A stretch of DNA of 64,000 nt from Octopus sinensis (lineage: Eukaryota), in assembly GCF_006345805.1 (NCBI RefSeq), contig NW_021831287.1:208083-272082 (forward strand). Reading direction: 5' to 3'. Under the pieces are notes generated by a model, which was not told the origin of the DNA, searched no databases, and worked only from the letters and a program-made list of their open reading frames with translations. The translations under genes were made by a program, and so were the position numbers. Below are positions 1-10,779 of this stretch, piece by piece (position 1 is the stretch's first letter; each line of letters begins with the position of its first letter).

Positions 1-91
1 TTTGAACGAATAGTAATTTTTCGTAACTTTAAGCAGCTAAGTAAATCAACACTTTCGGTACCCCCAACATCATCTGGCCTGCCTTCTCATT

Positions 92-318
92 GACACTAAC
101 AAGTGCCACTTGGCTCTTTAACAGTGTCATTCTACAGGAACTGTATTAATACGGGCCACATATAAGGACATTAACAAGTGCCACTTGGTCTTTAACGATG
201 TCACTTTACTGGAACTGTACTAATACGGGCCACATATAGGGACACCAACAAGTGGCACTTGGCTTATTAACAGTGTCACAGTATTGAAACTGTACTAATA
301 CGGGCCGCATATAGGGAC
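92..318. repeat. Three tandem ~75-bp units with an internal palindrome
   Basis: Units start at 92, 167 and 241 (GACAYYAACAAGTGSCACTTGG...TAATACGGGCCRCATATARG). Each contains the inverted repeat CAAGTG-N-CACTTG. Confidence 0.85.
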
Positions 319-541
319 TACAAACTCTTCTATGCCAACAGTATACACAACCATGTGTTGTGAACATACATTGGTCTGGATGGTACTACAAACTCCCAAA
401 ACTGTGACTTTCTCAAACATAAAGCCTATATCCGTAACCCGGTTCAGCGACTAGTAATAACAGACATAATCGACCAATATCGATCATTACGTAATAAACA
501 CGTGAAAATAAATATAAATTGGCCAAATAAAACAATATAAA

Positions 542-1211
542 ATGTCTCTATACTTACTACTGCTACATATCACACTGGAACAAGAGATATCTGACTGTAG
601 TCTTAGCTGTAGTAGCACATTATTAAAATGTCGAATGTTGGGGGTTTGTGAATGTTACTATAATGACAAAGTCCCCAGTAAAAAATGCAACATTGAATGC
701 AAAAAATGTCTAGATATGAGATTTGATGACTGTTGTGGTTGTTTGGGTATAAAAATCGAATAAATATAAACTTTAGGAATATGTGAACACACTTTAAAAG
801 ACGGGGAAGAGCAGTCGAGGTCAGGATCTTGTATAAATCCATCTCGGGATAGATTTGACGTGTTCTCAATGATGCAAGACAGTCGTTTTATTACAGAATC
901 CTACGACAAATTGTTGGATCTTGACTACTCTCCTGAAATAATCGAAAAAATAAAAAATTCTATGAATATTCCAGTAGAAAAAAGAACATGTAAAGTCATT
1001 TATTGGACAAAATGTGTCACTTTTCAAGAGTGTGTTGAACTTTGTCAAAACATTGGGGCCTTCGGGTTTATGGGGTGTTTTTATTGGCAGGTATCGACTC
1101 TTCCGGAATGGTTGTTGTGAGTGTTCGGGGAGGTACTGTATTGGGTATGGATCGAAAGTTGTGAGATGTATTGAATGCACAATAAAAAAAGATTCATTTA
1201 GTGAACTTTAG
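542..1211 (+). CDS. TWSG1: Twisted gastrulation (BMP-binding Tsg/crossveinless family), 3 exons
   Basis: Hydrophobic N-terminus. N-terminal Cys domain (CSSTLLKC..CEC..CKKCLDMRFDDCCGCLGIC) and C-terminal domain (CKVIYWTKC..CVELCQNIGAFGYRLFRNGCCECSGRYCIGYGSKVVRCIEC) match the Tsg Cys spacing. GT-AG introns 747-776 and 1066-1090 join three ORFs in frame. Confidence 0.9.
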
Positions 1212-1294
1212 TTTTTTTAATAAATTATATATTAAAATATATTTTAAATAATATATTGTTTATTAAATAAGTACATTTGTTTCTTGTGGTACAG

Positions 1295-1939
1295 ATGTAT
1301 GGAAGAGAATCCAATTTATTTGATTATGACTTTTTAAACGAATTTGAAGATATAAACTCATCAAAAAACAATCCAAAAACTCAAACCCAACCTCCTACAG
1401 ACCCTGAAATGGACGATTTTCTACTTCCTTACTGCGACTCATATGAACCACCACCAGAAATACCATTTCCCGCCAAAAAATCGTCCCCCACTGTCGAGGT
1501 CCCCCCTGAAGAGACCTCAAATCTTATCCCCAAACCAACAGAAGCCCCAATTTTATTTCCAATGGAGGAAAACAAGGGCACTTTCTGTTCAGATGCCTTT
1601 GGAGAACGCAAGAAAAAGGGGAGACTTCGAGCCACGGCAATCCCACCAAAAATTTTCCAAAATAGGCGGGAAAATATCGACTTTTCCCGCCAAAATATAT
1701 TATCGAATGATCGATATTATAGTGTGCCTGTAAAATTGGCAGTTGCCTGTCCAAAGGAGAACACGCCTGACTGTTTTGAAAGGTCATTTGCTGATTACGT
1801 AATGTCTCGGGACAGGAAGGGACCGTTTGTGAGATATCCGAGGATATTTCCTAGGACTACTCACCGCATTTGGGGGGTCGAGGATCAGGGGAGGAAGGTC
1901 ATTAGACTCACTACAAGGATGCCACGTCGTACAATATAG
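1295..1939 (+). CDS. Hypothetical protein, Pro/acidic N-terminus and basic C-terminus
   Basis: Uninterrupted ~214-codon ORF from ATG 1295, GC-richer than the AT-rich flanks; no family recognised. Confidence 0.65.
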   Translation: MYGRESNLFDYDFLNEFEDINSSKNNPKTQTQPPTDPEMDDFLLPYCDSYEPPPEIPFPAKKSSPTVEVPPEETSNLIPKPTEAPILFPMEENKGTFCSDAFGERKKKGRLRATAIPPKIFQNRRENIDFSRQNILSNDRYYSVPVKLAVACPKENTPDCFERSFADYVMSRDRKGPFVRYPRIFPRTTHRIWGVEDQGRKVIRLTTRMPRRTI

Positions 1940-2436
1940 TTGATTATTGTTTTTATTGAATATATGTTGGGTTATTTTTTAGTTTTTTTTTACTTTTTTA
2001 ATTTATTATATTAAATAAGTATTTAAATTAATCACAGGTTGGATTATTATTTTTGGATTAAAGGAAAATCAGGCTGGTTAAAATACGTCACCACCTCAAC
2101 TAAAAGATATCACGTTGAATGGTGGATGAATATTTTAATTCTAAAAGTTTATTTAAAATTAATTTTTAAAATAATTTAATTCATTTTGAAATAAATAATA
2201 AAATAGTTAAAATATGTATTTATAAGTAAAATTAATAACCAGAATAGTCACTTTTGATTTTATTAAAATAATTCAACTATAAAATTATAAAAAATAATTA
2301 TCACAAAAATGCGGGAAATTTTTTAATTTGGTTGATCAACCATGCTGTTGTGTGGACATAATTATCTAATTGCAAAATATTAATTTTACGGTTAATAAAT
2401 AAATTATTTAAATTGAAAATAACGAAAGTTCATGAA

Positions 2437-4563
2437 ATGATGAATTATTTACTAATAATAAGTTAAATTATCCCATAATCTTGTAGTTTTTTCAAATTCT
2501 GCCCTTTCTTCAAGCTCTTGTAGTCCCATCCCTAAAACCCTCCAGATTTAGGAAAGATCTACAACTACGAGGGCCATTCCTACCACCTATCAAAAACCCC
2601 CGAAAACAGCGACCTAATAAACTGTATTTGTACCTCTGCTGGCTTCTATTGGATCGACATATCCACCAAAGAGGAAAACCAGGCCATATCAAGTACTCTC
2701 AGCCTCTATCTCTTAGGCATCCTCACCAACGATATGGGACTTGGTCTCTACCTCTCTAACCCTACAAAAGTCGCCTATCAAACCTACCAGTACGGAAATG
2801 ACATGGTTAACCAGCCTTTATAATTTTTAGAAATATTCAAATTGGGGTACCAATGAGCCACGTGGAGAGGAACAGGTGGTTATCCAACGAAGATCAGGTC
2901 ATTGGATTACTGTGGATTATTTAAATAAAAAATATTTCATTTGTGAGTCTGGTGGGTTTATTTTTATTAAAAAATAGATTCAATTTCTTCAATGGGTATA
3001 AATATTACAACAAACAAAATTCTTAATCGTATTTTATATAAAATGATTTAAAAATAGTGCCTAGTGATCATATATTATCATTTCGGAAACATACATATTA
3101 TATATTCTCCTATTTTCGGTCATTTAATACAATAAAACAAATTTGTTCACAACTAAATGGATATCCATTTATACCCAACGACGCTGAGGAAAATTGTGCT
3201 ATAAATGGTTAACCATTTTTTATAATAAATTATAGATTATATTGGCGGGAAAAGTTTTGTTGGATTAATAAAAAATAAAAATAAATTTGTGAGTGTTAAG
3301 AATTATATTACGGATTATTTACCGTGGGAAAATTACGGAAATAACGGAAAGGATTGTGTGGTGGTTAGCCGTGAATATTTCCTCAACCGGGACTGTGGGG
3401 AGGAGGCCTTTGTGGTATGTGAAACTGGTTTTTTGGCGGTTAAAAATATTTCAGACCGAATCGAGTCAGGAGCCAACCCCACAGAATGTTCTCGAACAAA
3501 TAAAATAAGTAAATTTATTTATATATAAATAGATTTTTTTGACCAACAATTAAGACGGGGACCACTAACTTACCACGTGTTTAATTATGGGAGTCAAAGT
3601 ACTGAGGCGATTGACATTTGTCGACTCAGAAATGAGGAATTGTACTCCCCAGAGAACAGAGATGAGGATTGTGCAATTATGGGTTTATTAATTTATATAT
3701 ATTAAATTAGAAAATGTTAATTTTCCTGTTTTTTTAAACATTAATGGAAATTTGAATAATTTGGTTGGTTCTTGTGGGTATTTTAGGTGTATACAAACTG
3801 GGAGGCGGGGTACCCGAATAGTGACCCCTCTTTTGGCTGTTCCTACAGCCATTTTGACCTACAAAAATGGCAAAATTCAAAATGTGGATATTCCAGTTTT
3901 ATTTGTGTGGGAAAAAATCTAAACCGCGGGAAATATATTCAGTGTAGCAACAGGCTCACCAGGATCCATAATTCCGGGACTTTTGCGGTTTCCGTGAACA
4001 ACGTGACGTTATATGAGGCCAACTTGGGGTACTATGATTCACGGAGACTTTGTTCTTCCCGCGGAAAAACGTTATTTAATATTTCTTCACCAGAATTCCT
4101 CACCAAATTTAGTTCAAGTAAATTTTCCCTCCATTTTTTAAAGTAATGAATAAAAGCGCGAATATTTTGAATCAATTTATGTGGAATGGGAGTGTGTTGA
4201 CGTGGGTCGATGTGGCCCCCGAGGGAGTCCCAAATTGGGGACCAGGTGAGCCCAGGGTGTTGGACGACAAAATCACGTGTGTGGTCATCGATGCCAATGG
4301 AGAGTGGAGGACCGACTACTGCACTGCGGACTACACAACAACGTGTATATACGAGGATATGTCACTGAGGAGGGAGAACAAAAAGACTGTAAAAACGTAC
4401 TTTTTTGGACTTTTGGGATTGTTGCTGGCATTGTTGGCCATAATGCTCTTTATTATTAAGAGTGGGAATTTATTTTTATATTTTAGAAAAAAATCAGACT
4501 AAAAAATATGTCCCGTTCAAAAAAGATTCCAAAAAATCTCGCTATTTAACCGTTAGACTTTAG
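2437..4563 (+). CDS. Type I membrane protein with four C-type lectin domains, many tiny introns
   Basis: Spliced signal peptide MMNYLLIIIFSNSALS (intron 2462-2486). CTLD motifs YSNWGTNEPRG..WIT..FICE, YLPWENY..CVV..RDC..VVCE, YTNWEAGYPN..WQNSKC..FIC and NWGPGEP..CVVIDANGEWRTDYC. TM helix FFGLLGLLLALLAIMLFII, then a basic tail after intron 4462-4486 ending at TAG 4561-4563. Confidence 0.85.
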
Positions 4564-4668
4564 ATATTAATTTATTAATCTAATCTATTATTAATTAAAT
4601 AAATATAATATTAATTAAATAAATTTATAAAGCAGTTGTTTTCTTGTGGTACCTAGTGGTCGTTTTTT

Positions 4669-5286
4669 ATGGTCGTTAAAAATTCACAAAGACGTGACAG
4701 TTCAAGCAGATCATGTTCTCGAAGCTCATCTCCTAGTTCTGGGAGTTCTATCTCTTCATCTTCTGGTTCAAGTCGCAGTAGTTCTCCAGGAGCTAAGGCG
4801 GCAATTGCTGCTGTTAAAAACTCTCCCAGACAACCCACTAAAACCGAGAGAAAAGCCCGCCAATCTCCAATCAAGAGGGAAAGGACCCCTCCAATGAGAC
4901 CCTTGAAGGTCTACGTCTCAGGACTGACCCAAAATGTGAACAAACTACATATTGGGGAGATATTTGGAACATGTGGAGCCATATTGAGCACAGTAATGCC
5001 AGTGGATCCAATTCACCCTGAATTTTCCCGCGGATATGCATATGTGACATTCGAGACCCCTGAGAGTGCAGAGGCAGCTGTAAAGATGCTGAACAGAGGA
5101 CAAATTGATGGGCAGAACATAAGTGTGTCCCTCATGCAGAATACGAGGACTGCTAGGAGGTCTCCTGTCCATTATAGAAGGCCAATGTCCCCTGTGAGGA
5201 GGTATCGGTCTCCTGCAAGAAGGCGTTATTCTCCCCATAGGAGAAATAGGGCTCGTGTTGGTGGAAGTCGTTCTTCTTCTCGATGA
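4669..5286 (+). CDS. RNPS1: RNA-binding protein with serine-rich domain 1 (ASAP/EJC-associated)
   Basis: Ser-rich N-terminus, RRM (KVYVSGLTQNVNKLHIGEIFG..SRGYAYVTFETPESAEAAVKMLNRGQIDGQNI) and RS/RP-rich tail; intronless. Confidence 0.92.
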   Translation: MVVKNSQRRDSSSRSCSRSSSPSSGSSISSSSGSSRSSSPGAKAAIAAVKNSPRQPTKTERKARQSPIKRERTPPMRPLKVYVSGLTQNVNKLHIGEIFGTCGAILSTVMPVDPIHPEFSRGYAYVTFETPESAEAAVKMLNRGQIDGQNISVSLMQNTRTARRSPVHYRRPMSPVRRYRSPARRRYSPHRRNRARVGGSRSSSR

Positions 5287-6170
5287 TTTGGTATTAATTA
5301 ATTTTTGTTCCTTGTTTCTATTTTTTGAATTTTGTTTGACCCACTAGAATTTTATTTTTAAATGTATTTATTTAATTTATTTTGTTGTGGTGATAACTGT
5401 TGGGGTCATTAGTCAGGTCGTTTAATTTGATTAAACTTTTCGCGCTTAATTAATTTTGTTTAGCACGTGGTTTTTTAATTGACGTTATTGATGACGTTCT
5501 GACTCCAATTATTAAAAAGTTTTTTTATTTTTAATAAATAAAATAAATAAATGCCAGTGTAGGTCTTTGAGTAAGGCTCCATAAGGATTGAAGAGAGGGA
5601 GGAAGGAATGCTGTGTGGTGGGAAATATTAGATTTTATTATTTAAAAAATTGATACGGAGTTTAAGTAGGGCTATTGGGGAAACCTGAGGGTGGTAATGA
5701 GACTGTTGAATAAATTAGGAACCGACCATATAAAACTATTGAGAAGAAGTTCTATAACTTCAAACAATAATAAATTAATAGTTAATCAGAAACTAAGCAG
5801 ATCTCACTCCAGCTCGCTGATATCCACTCTCATTCTCTTGGAAGAAGAGTCTACTTCCAGCTCCCTCTTACTCCCCATTAGCACATCTGATTCAACCATT
5901 GCAACTTCTTTAGCATTCATTGGGTCGTCTTCATCTTTGCATGCCATCTCCACATATCGGTTGGAAGCAGAAGCGTATTCTTCACCAGATACCTTCATTC
6001 CGTGCTTCAGCGTAAACTATCGAGAATAACTAGTCTTTAATTTTGACATAAAGTGAGAGGCCTTAATAAGTTTTGCTTTTGAAATTGATTGTTTTCTTCT
6101 GTAGGTTTTAATTTGTTTTGTAGCTCTTTAGTTATTCTTACTACTCTCAATATTATAAAGTTCTATAAAA

Positions 6171-6242
6171 GGGCATTTAGCTCAGTGGTAGAGCGTTCGA
6201 CTGCAGATCGAATGGTCGGGGGTTCGATTCCCTCTGTGCCCT
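6171..6242 (+). tRNA. tRNA-Cys(GCA)
   Basis: Cloverleaf GGGCATT..GCTCAGTGGTAGAGC..TTCGA CT GCA GA TCGAA..GGTTCGATTCC..TGTGCCCT, followed by an oligo-T Pol III terminator. Confidence 0.95.
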
Positions 6243-6444
6243 TTTTGTTTTTTAAGAAATAATGAATTTCATAGTTTTTTTATTTAAAAAGGAAAAACAG
6301 TAAAATAGATATTAATTTCTTTTACTGGGTTATTAAACATAATTTTTTAATAACAAATATGGATTTAATCAAAAAGGCTAATTCTTTACTGGGCGAGAGG
6401 CTGACCCGATAGAGAGAGTTAGAGCTTACTATCGCGACATATAT

Positions 6445-6760
6445 CCACTCAAAAAACCATCTCGATTTGCAGGTGTCGCCTGTGAGTGTGGAAATCCAAG
6501 ACCCGATCTCCTGAACAAAGCTGATTGTCTTTCCCCCAATGAACCGGACGTTTCAACTACAAATAAAAGGACTTGGTACATCTCCACAAATGAAGAGTAC
6601 TTCCGTATCTTTTTGATTCAGCAGTTGTGACGATTGATCCAGGGGCGGATGCCGACATCATCAGGTTCTTTTTCTTGTAAGTATTTGTTATTCGAAAATA
6701 ACAAGCTCTTGAGACACTTTGGTGCATGGTAGGTCCTCTTCCAGACAGAACCCATTTAGC
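6445..6760 (-). mobile_element. CRE-clade non-LTR retrotransposon 3' fragment (restriction-like endonuclease region)
   Basis: Minus strand reads IRKYSSF..FVVETSGSLG..FVQEIGSWIS..TGD..SRWFFE, homologous to the 62997 ORF. Confidence 0.7.
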
Positions 6761-7429
6761 ACGTAACTAATCTCCTAGAATGTTTAACAGATATTCGAAT
6801 TAATGATTAGTTTAAAACTAAATTAATTAGTCAATACTGACAATTCTAAGCATGTCTTATTCTATGTCGATGTTTGTTTTTACGCCGATATTTTTACGAA
6901 TCTGACAAATTGTGCATTAAGTTTTTAATTTTTATATTCAATTATTAACCTATTCATTATTTTGTCGCACTTTGTGCCTTTCTTTACTTCATTTTAAGAT
7001 TAGAGTAAAATTAAAAAAAATAAACTTGTAAAAATCATTATTTCATCAGAAAATAATAAAAAGAAGAATTCTAATTTTACGAGTTTTTTCAAGCAATCAA
7101 AACAAATCGTTCAATACCTCATGTAAACCAATTCTGACATTTTTGATAGTTTACTAATAAAAAGAGTCCACAGCAGTCGATAACAGCTGTGAGTACATAA
7201 GATAACCCTTAAATGCCAGGATAATATGCTCAGCCGTTTTCAAGTCGCCGAATTGCGGCATGCTATATTAACTGGGGAAATCTTACAAAGCAGTTTTGCA
7301 ATATAAATTTATTCAAATCATTAAATTTCCGAAGAGTTAAAGCAGACGGAATACCTTTGTATTTCGGACTCTTTCGAGTTTGCCCAAAATACCAATCTTC
7401 TTCTAAGCACAATCAAACTATTTGTATAT

Positions 7430-7990
7430 GTAATTTCTATTCCTGTTTTGTATGAGTCAGTATTCTTTTCCATTATTTATACCTTTTCCAACGAGACATG
7501 CCCCATGTAAACTTTTACATTCAGCATCATCCAAGATTCCTATTTTGCGACACACTTATACCACCTTTTTACAAATATTTTGGTATACAAAATTCAATCC
7601 CAAAAAGACCAATTTGTAGTAATGTTTTTAATATCATTAATTAAGAAAAGTGAGTAAAAACATATTTGTGATTTGTACTGAATTTTTCTTTCTCTGTATT
7701 TTTCTTTCCACTAAAAAGTAGTTTCATAAATTTTTCAAGGATAAAAGTACTGTTCAGTCGTGCTGACGCCCTCATTTTTAATGACATATTCATAAACATA
7801 ATAAACGAGCCTGCCTCCACATCCACAATGCTCACAGCAATCAAACACGTTTTGTTAACTAAAACTAGCCTTGCTTGATTGCATGTTGACTTTCCAGACC
7901 TTTTAATCCAAAAGTTCGAAATTATTGTAATTCGCAAAATCATTTTATTAGGACTGAAAGTTGCATCTACAATCTTACTTCAAAATTTTG
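7430..7990 (-). pseudogene. Cathepsin L-like (papain C1A) pseudogene
   Basis: GLESQHAIKQG, QNVFDCCEHCGCGG..VYEYVIKNEGVSTTEQY and SLHGACLVGKGINNGKEY*LIQN, with stops and frameshifts. Confidence 0.75.
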
Positions 7991-8001
7991 AAACTTCAAA
8001 C

Positions 8002-10095
8002 CAGGGTTGTTTGATTTAAATCAGTGATTCTCAAGTGCAAAATATTTTATTTTTTAATTTATATTATTAAATTTTATAAATAAAAAATTATCGGTTTTTT
8101 ATATGTTGTGGTGATGTCGAATTCAAAACGTTTTCGAAAAATTTCCGAGGAAAATAGGATTTTTCAACACATCTAGGAAGAAAAATATTTCTTTATTGAG
8201 GTCAATGGAAAGGCTCTTTGCCTAATATGCAATTCTATTATTGTAACTTTAAAAACGTATACCATCGAACGGCACTATTCTTTATGGCTATTTAAAGCGG
8301 TCATCTACTTTCAAAAGTGGCACATATTCGTCTAATATTAACCTGACATAATACAAAATTAGTTACCTATTAGCTAAAAATATGAAGCTTTATTCTGATG
8401 GCAAATTATATAAAACGGCAAACTGGTTTTTGTGGACTTATGAATAAATGGAGGTGTGATAGTAACTGGACTCCAGTATTATGGCATCATTGCATTATTC
8501 ATCAGGAAAACCTAATTTTCAAAAATATTAAAATGCAAAATGTTTCTCAAGTAGTGATAAAAATTGTCAATTGAATTCGGGCGAACGCTTTGAATCACCG
8601 AAAATTTAAAACATTTTTAACTGAAATTTTTTCAAAATTATTTGCGCCCCCTGTAATTTTTTTAATTTGCGGCCACTGAGTAAAGAAGCTTGAGAATCAC
8701 TGATTTAAATCATAAAAAATCAAAAAATCATATAAAATTGTTTAAAGTGATTAAATGTCTAATAGAAAGCATAATTTCTTGTTGGTTCACTTCGATAAAC
8801 ATTATTCCTGAAAGACTGCCAGTCGAGCCAGATGCCGTAATTGCGGGAAGGAGGTATAAGCTCTTGTATTTCGGATGAGGAAGTATTATTTGTTATTCCG
8901 AACTAATTTTGATATCTTTGAAAATTCGTCGAAAGTTGAAAGTTTTTTAATCCGCGATTTGTCTCTGAGAATGAGGGACTAATCATTAATCAATTTCATT
9001 ACTACGATGACGTTATCGAAAAAAAATTAATAGATATTAAACTCGCTAAATACTTATATTCTACTAACACTCCTTTTGCTGTAGAACATCTCGAATTTGT
9101 TCAATTTATCAAAATGCTTCTTCTTGGCTATCTTTAACCTTCTTGTCATCAAATTGGTGGTTTATTGCTTGATCGAGTGTACGACCAACTACATGAAAAC
9201 TGTCGACAAAGACTCCAGGAGAAAACACTGTTTATGATCCTGGATATGTGGAGAAACATTCATAAAGAACCTGTTATTTGTGTTTCGGTTGTAACATCGG
9301 ATGGAGAGAACCATCTAATTTACACTGTGGATACCTCTGGACATAGATTAGATTCTGCCAAGTCTGCAGAGCAACGGTTTGGATGTAAAATCGGGAGTCT
9401 TGTGCTGCCAATATGCTAAAATGAGGCGGATAATGATGAAAATTATTATATATGGTAGCTCGCCACATTATCTCAACCTTCTTGCTAAAGATGTAGACAT
9501 AGCTGACGTTAAAGAAACCATCTTAAAAATAAATAATTTCGAAATGTTTATCTTTCAGCAGCCCGATACACATCTGCTGGAGAAAAAAAACTTGTTCTTT
9601 CGATTTATGTTCGCTGGAATACTATCAGATTGTTTTGGACCTTATCTGGATGATAGGTCTATAATTTTGAAAATTTTTTGAAGAATACAGATCCGATATT
9701 GATAGAGATATTGCTCTTAAAGTTCAAAATATTTGCCTAAAACGCCGTATGGGAGAATATTTGCGGCTGATTAAACCAATTGCTGTCGCTTTAGACAAAA
9801 TGCAAAATGATTTTACGAAAATTAGTCATACTGTAGAAATTTGGAAAGAACTTGAACAGACTTATTTGGTCTATAAATGTACGGCTATTTTAGAAAAGGT
9901 GAAATTTTGAGTTGATCAAGCATTAACACCTTTCAACTTACTTGTGATTCTTAGACCAGCCACTTCAACAGGTGCAATAGAACGAATTTTTTCGACTTTT
10001 AGATTCATACATTCAAATGTTCGAAATAGCCTTAGAATTAAATTAAATCAAAAAATCCTGTTTAAATCAAAAAATCATAATTTTTAACAACCTTG
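8002..10095 (+). mobile_element. Degenerate hAT element (DUF659-type transposase)
   Basis: Imperfect TIRs CAGGGTTGTT / AACAACCTTG. Transposase remnants NTPFAVEH..F..F, LDMWRNIHKEPV, PHYLNLLAKD and IERIFSTF. Confidence 0.7.
8022..8702 (+). mobile_element. Internally deleted hAT (Buster/GTF2IRD2-like), nested in the 8002 element; same family as 54698-56535
   Basis: TIR CAGTGATTCTCAAG at both ends and 8-bp TSD ATTTAAAT. Internal sequence closely matches parts of 54698-56535. Confidence 0.9.
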
Positions 10096-10104
10096 TTTTA
10101 AACG

Positions 10105-10680
10105 GATGGTTACAAAATTTTCCAAAAATGCATGGATGACTGAAGATGCGTTTAGATATTGGCTTCATATGATTAATGATTATTTTTATCACAAAATTGG
10201 AAAATTATTCTCTACTAGACAATGCTAGGCGTCATAATAATCTGGAATTTTAAACATAGAATTATTTTTTCTACCTAAAAATACAACTCCTATACTAAAG
10301 CAACTGGATTGTGGAATTATCAAATCTTTCAAAGACCATTATTCCACATCTTTAATAAATTTTATGTTTCACTGACAATCAAGAATTTTTTATTGAGTCT
10401 TGAAGAATATAAATTTACGTCAAGTTGTATTAGTGATTTCTGATTCATAGACGGAGGTTCCATCAGAAACTACTGTTGGGATAAAGTTTCTGTAAACACA
10501 AATCCGAGGATTTTAATGGTCATTTCATTAATGAAAAAAATGAAAAGCTATCTTTTTGATACTGAACTGATGCAACTATAAGAACAGCCATTGATAACAA
10601 AACAAAGTTAAGTAATAACTTTAACTTTGTCTCCGGATTGTTTCAAAAATTTTTGTAATTTTATAAAATAATTAATGTGC
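10105..10680 (+). mobile_element. pogo/Tigger transposase remnant
   Basis: SKNAWMT..F..WL, LLDNARRH and FFLPKNTTPIL..LDCGIIKSFK. Confidence 0.75.
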
Positions 10681-10779
10681 AATTTAGTGGGTGTTTTAGT
10701 AGCCAAGAACTGCAAAAACAATGTATTTTAAGGCAAAAAAATTGTTATTGAATATCCGCTGGAGTTTTTATTCCGAGAG

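Noticed and set aside
542-4563. Alternative genetic code or stop readthrough to explain broken ORFs
   Set aside because: GT-AG micro-introns restore every frame tested under the standard code.
5550-6060. 64-aa minus ORF and 112-aa plus ORF as genes
   Set aside because: No recognisable domain or exon structure; probably a LINE ORF1/3' remnant, but support is too weak to call.
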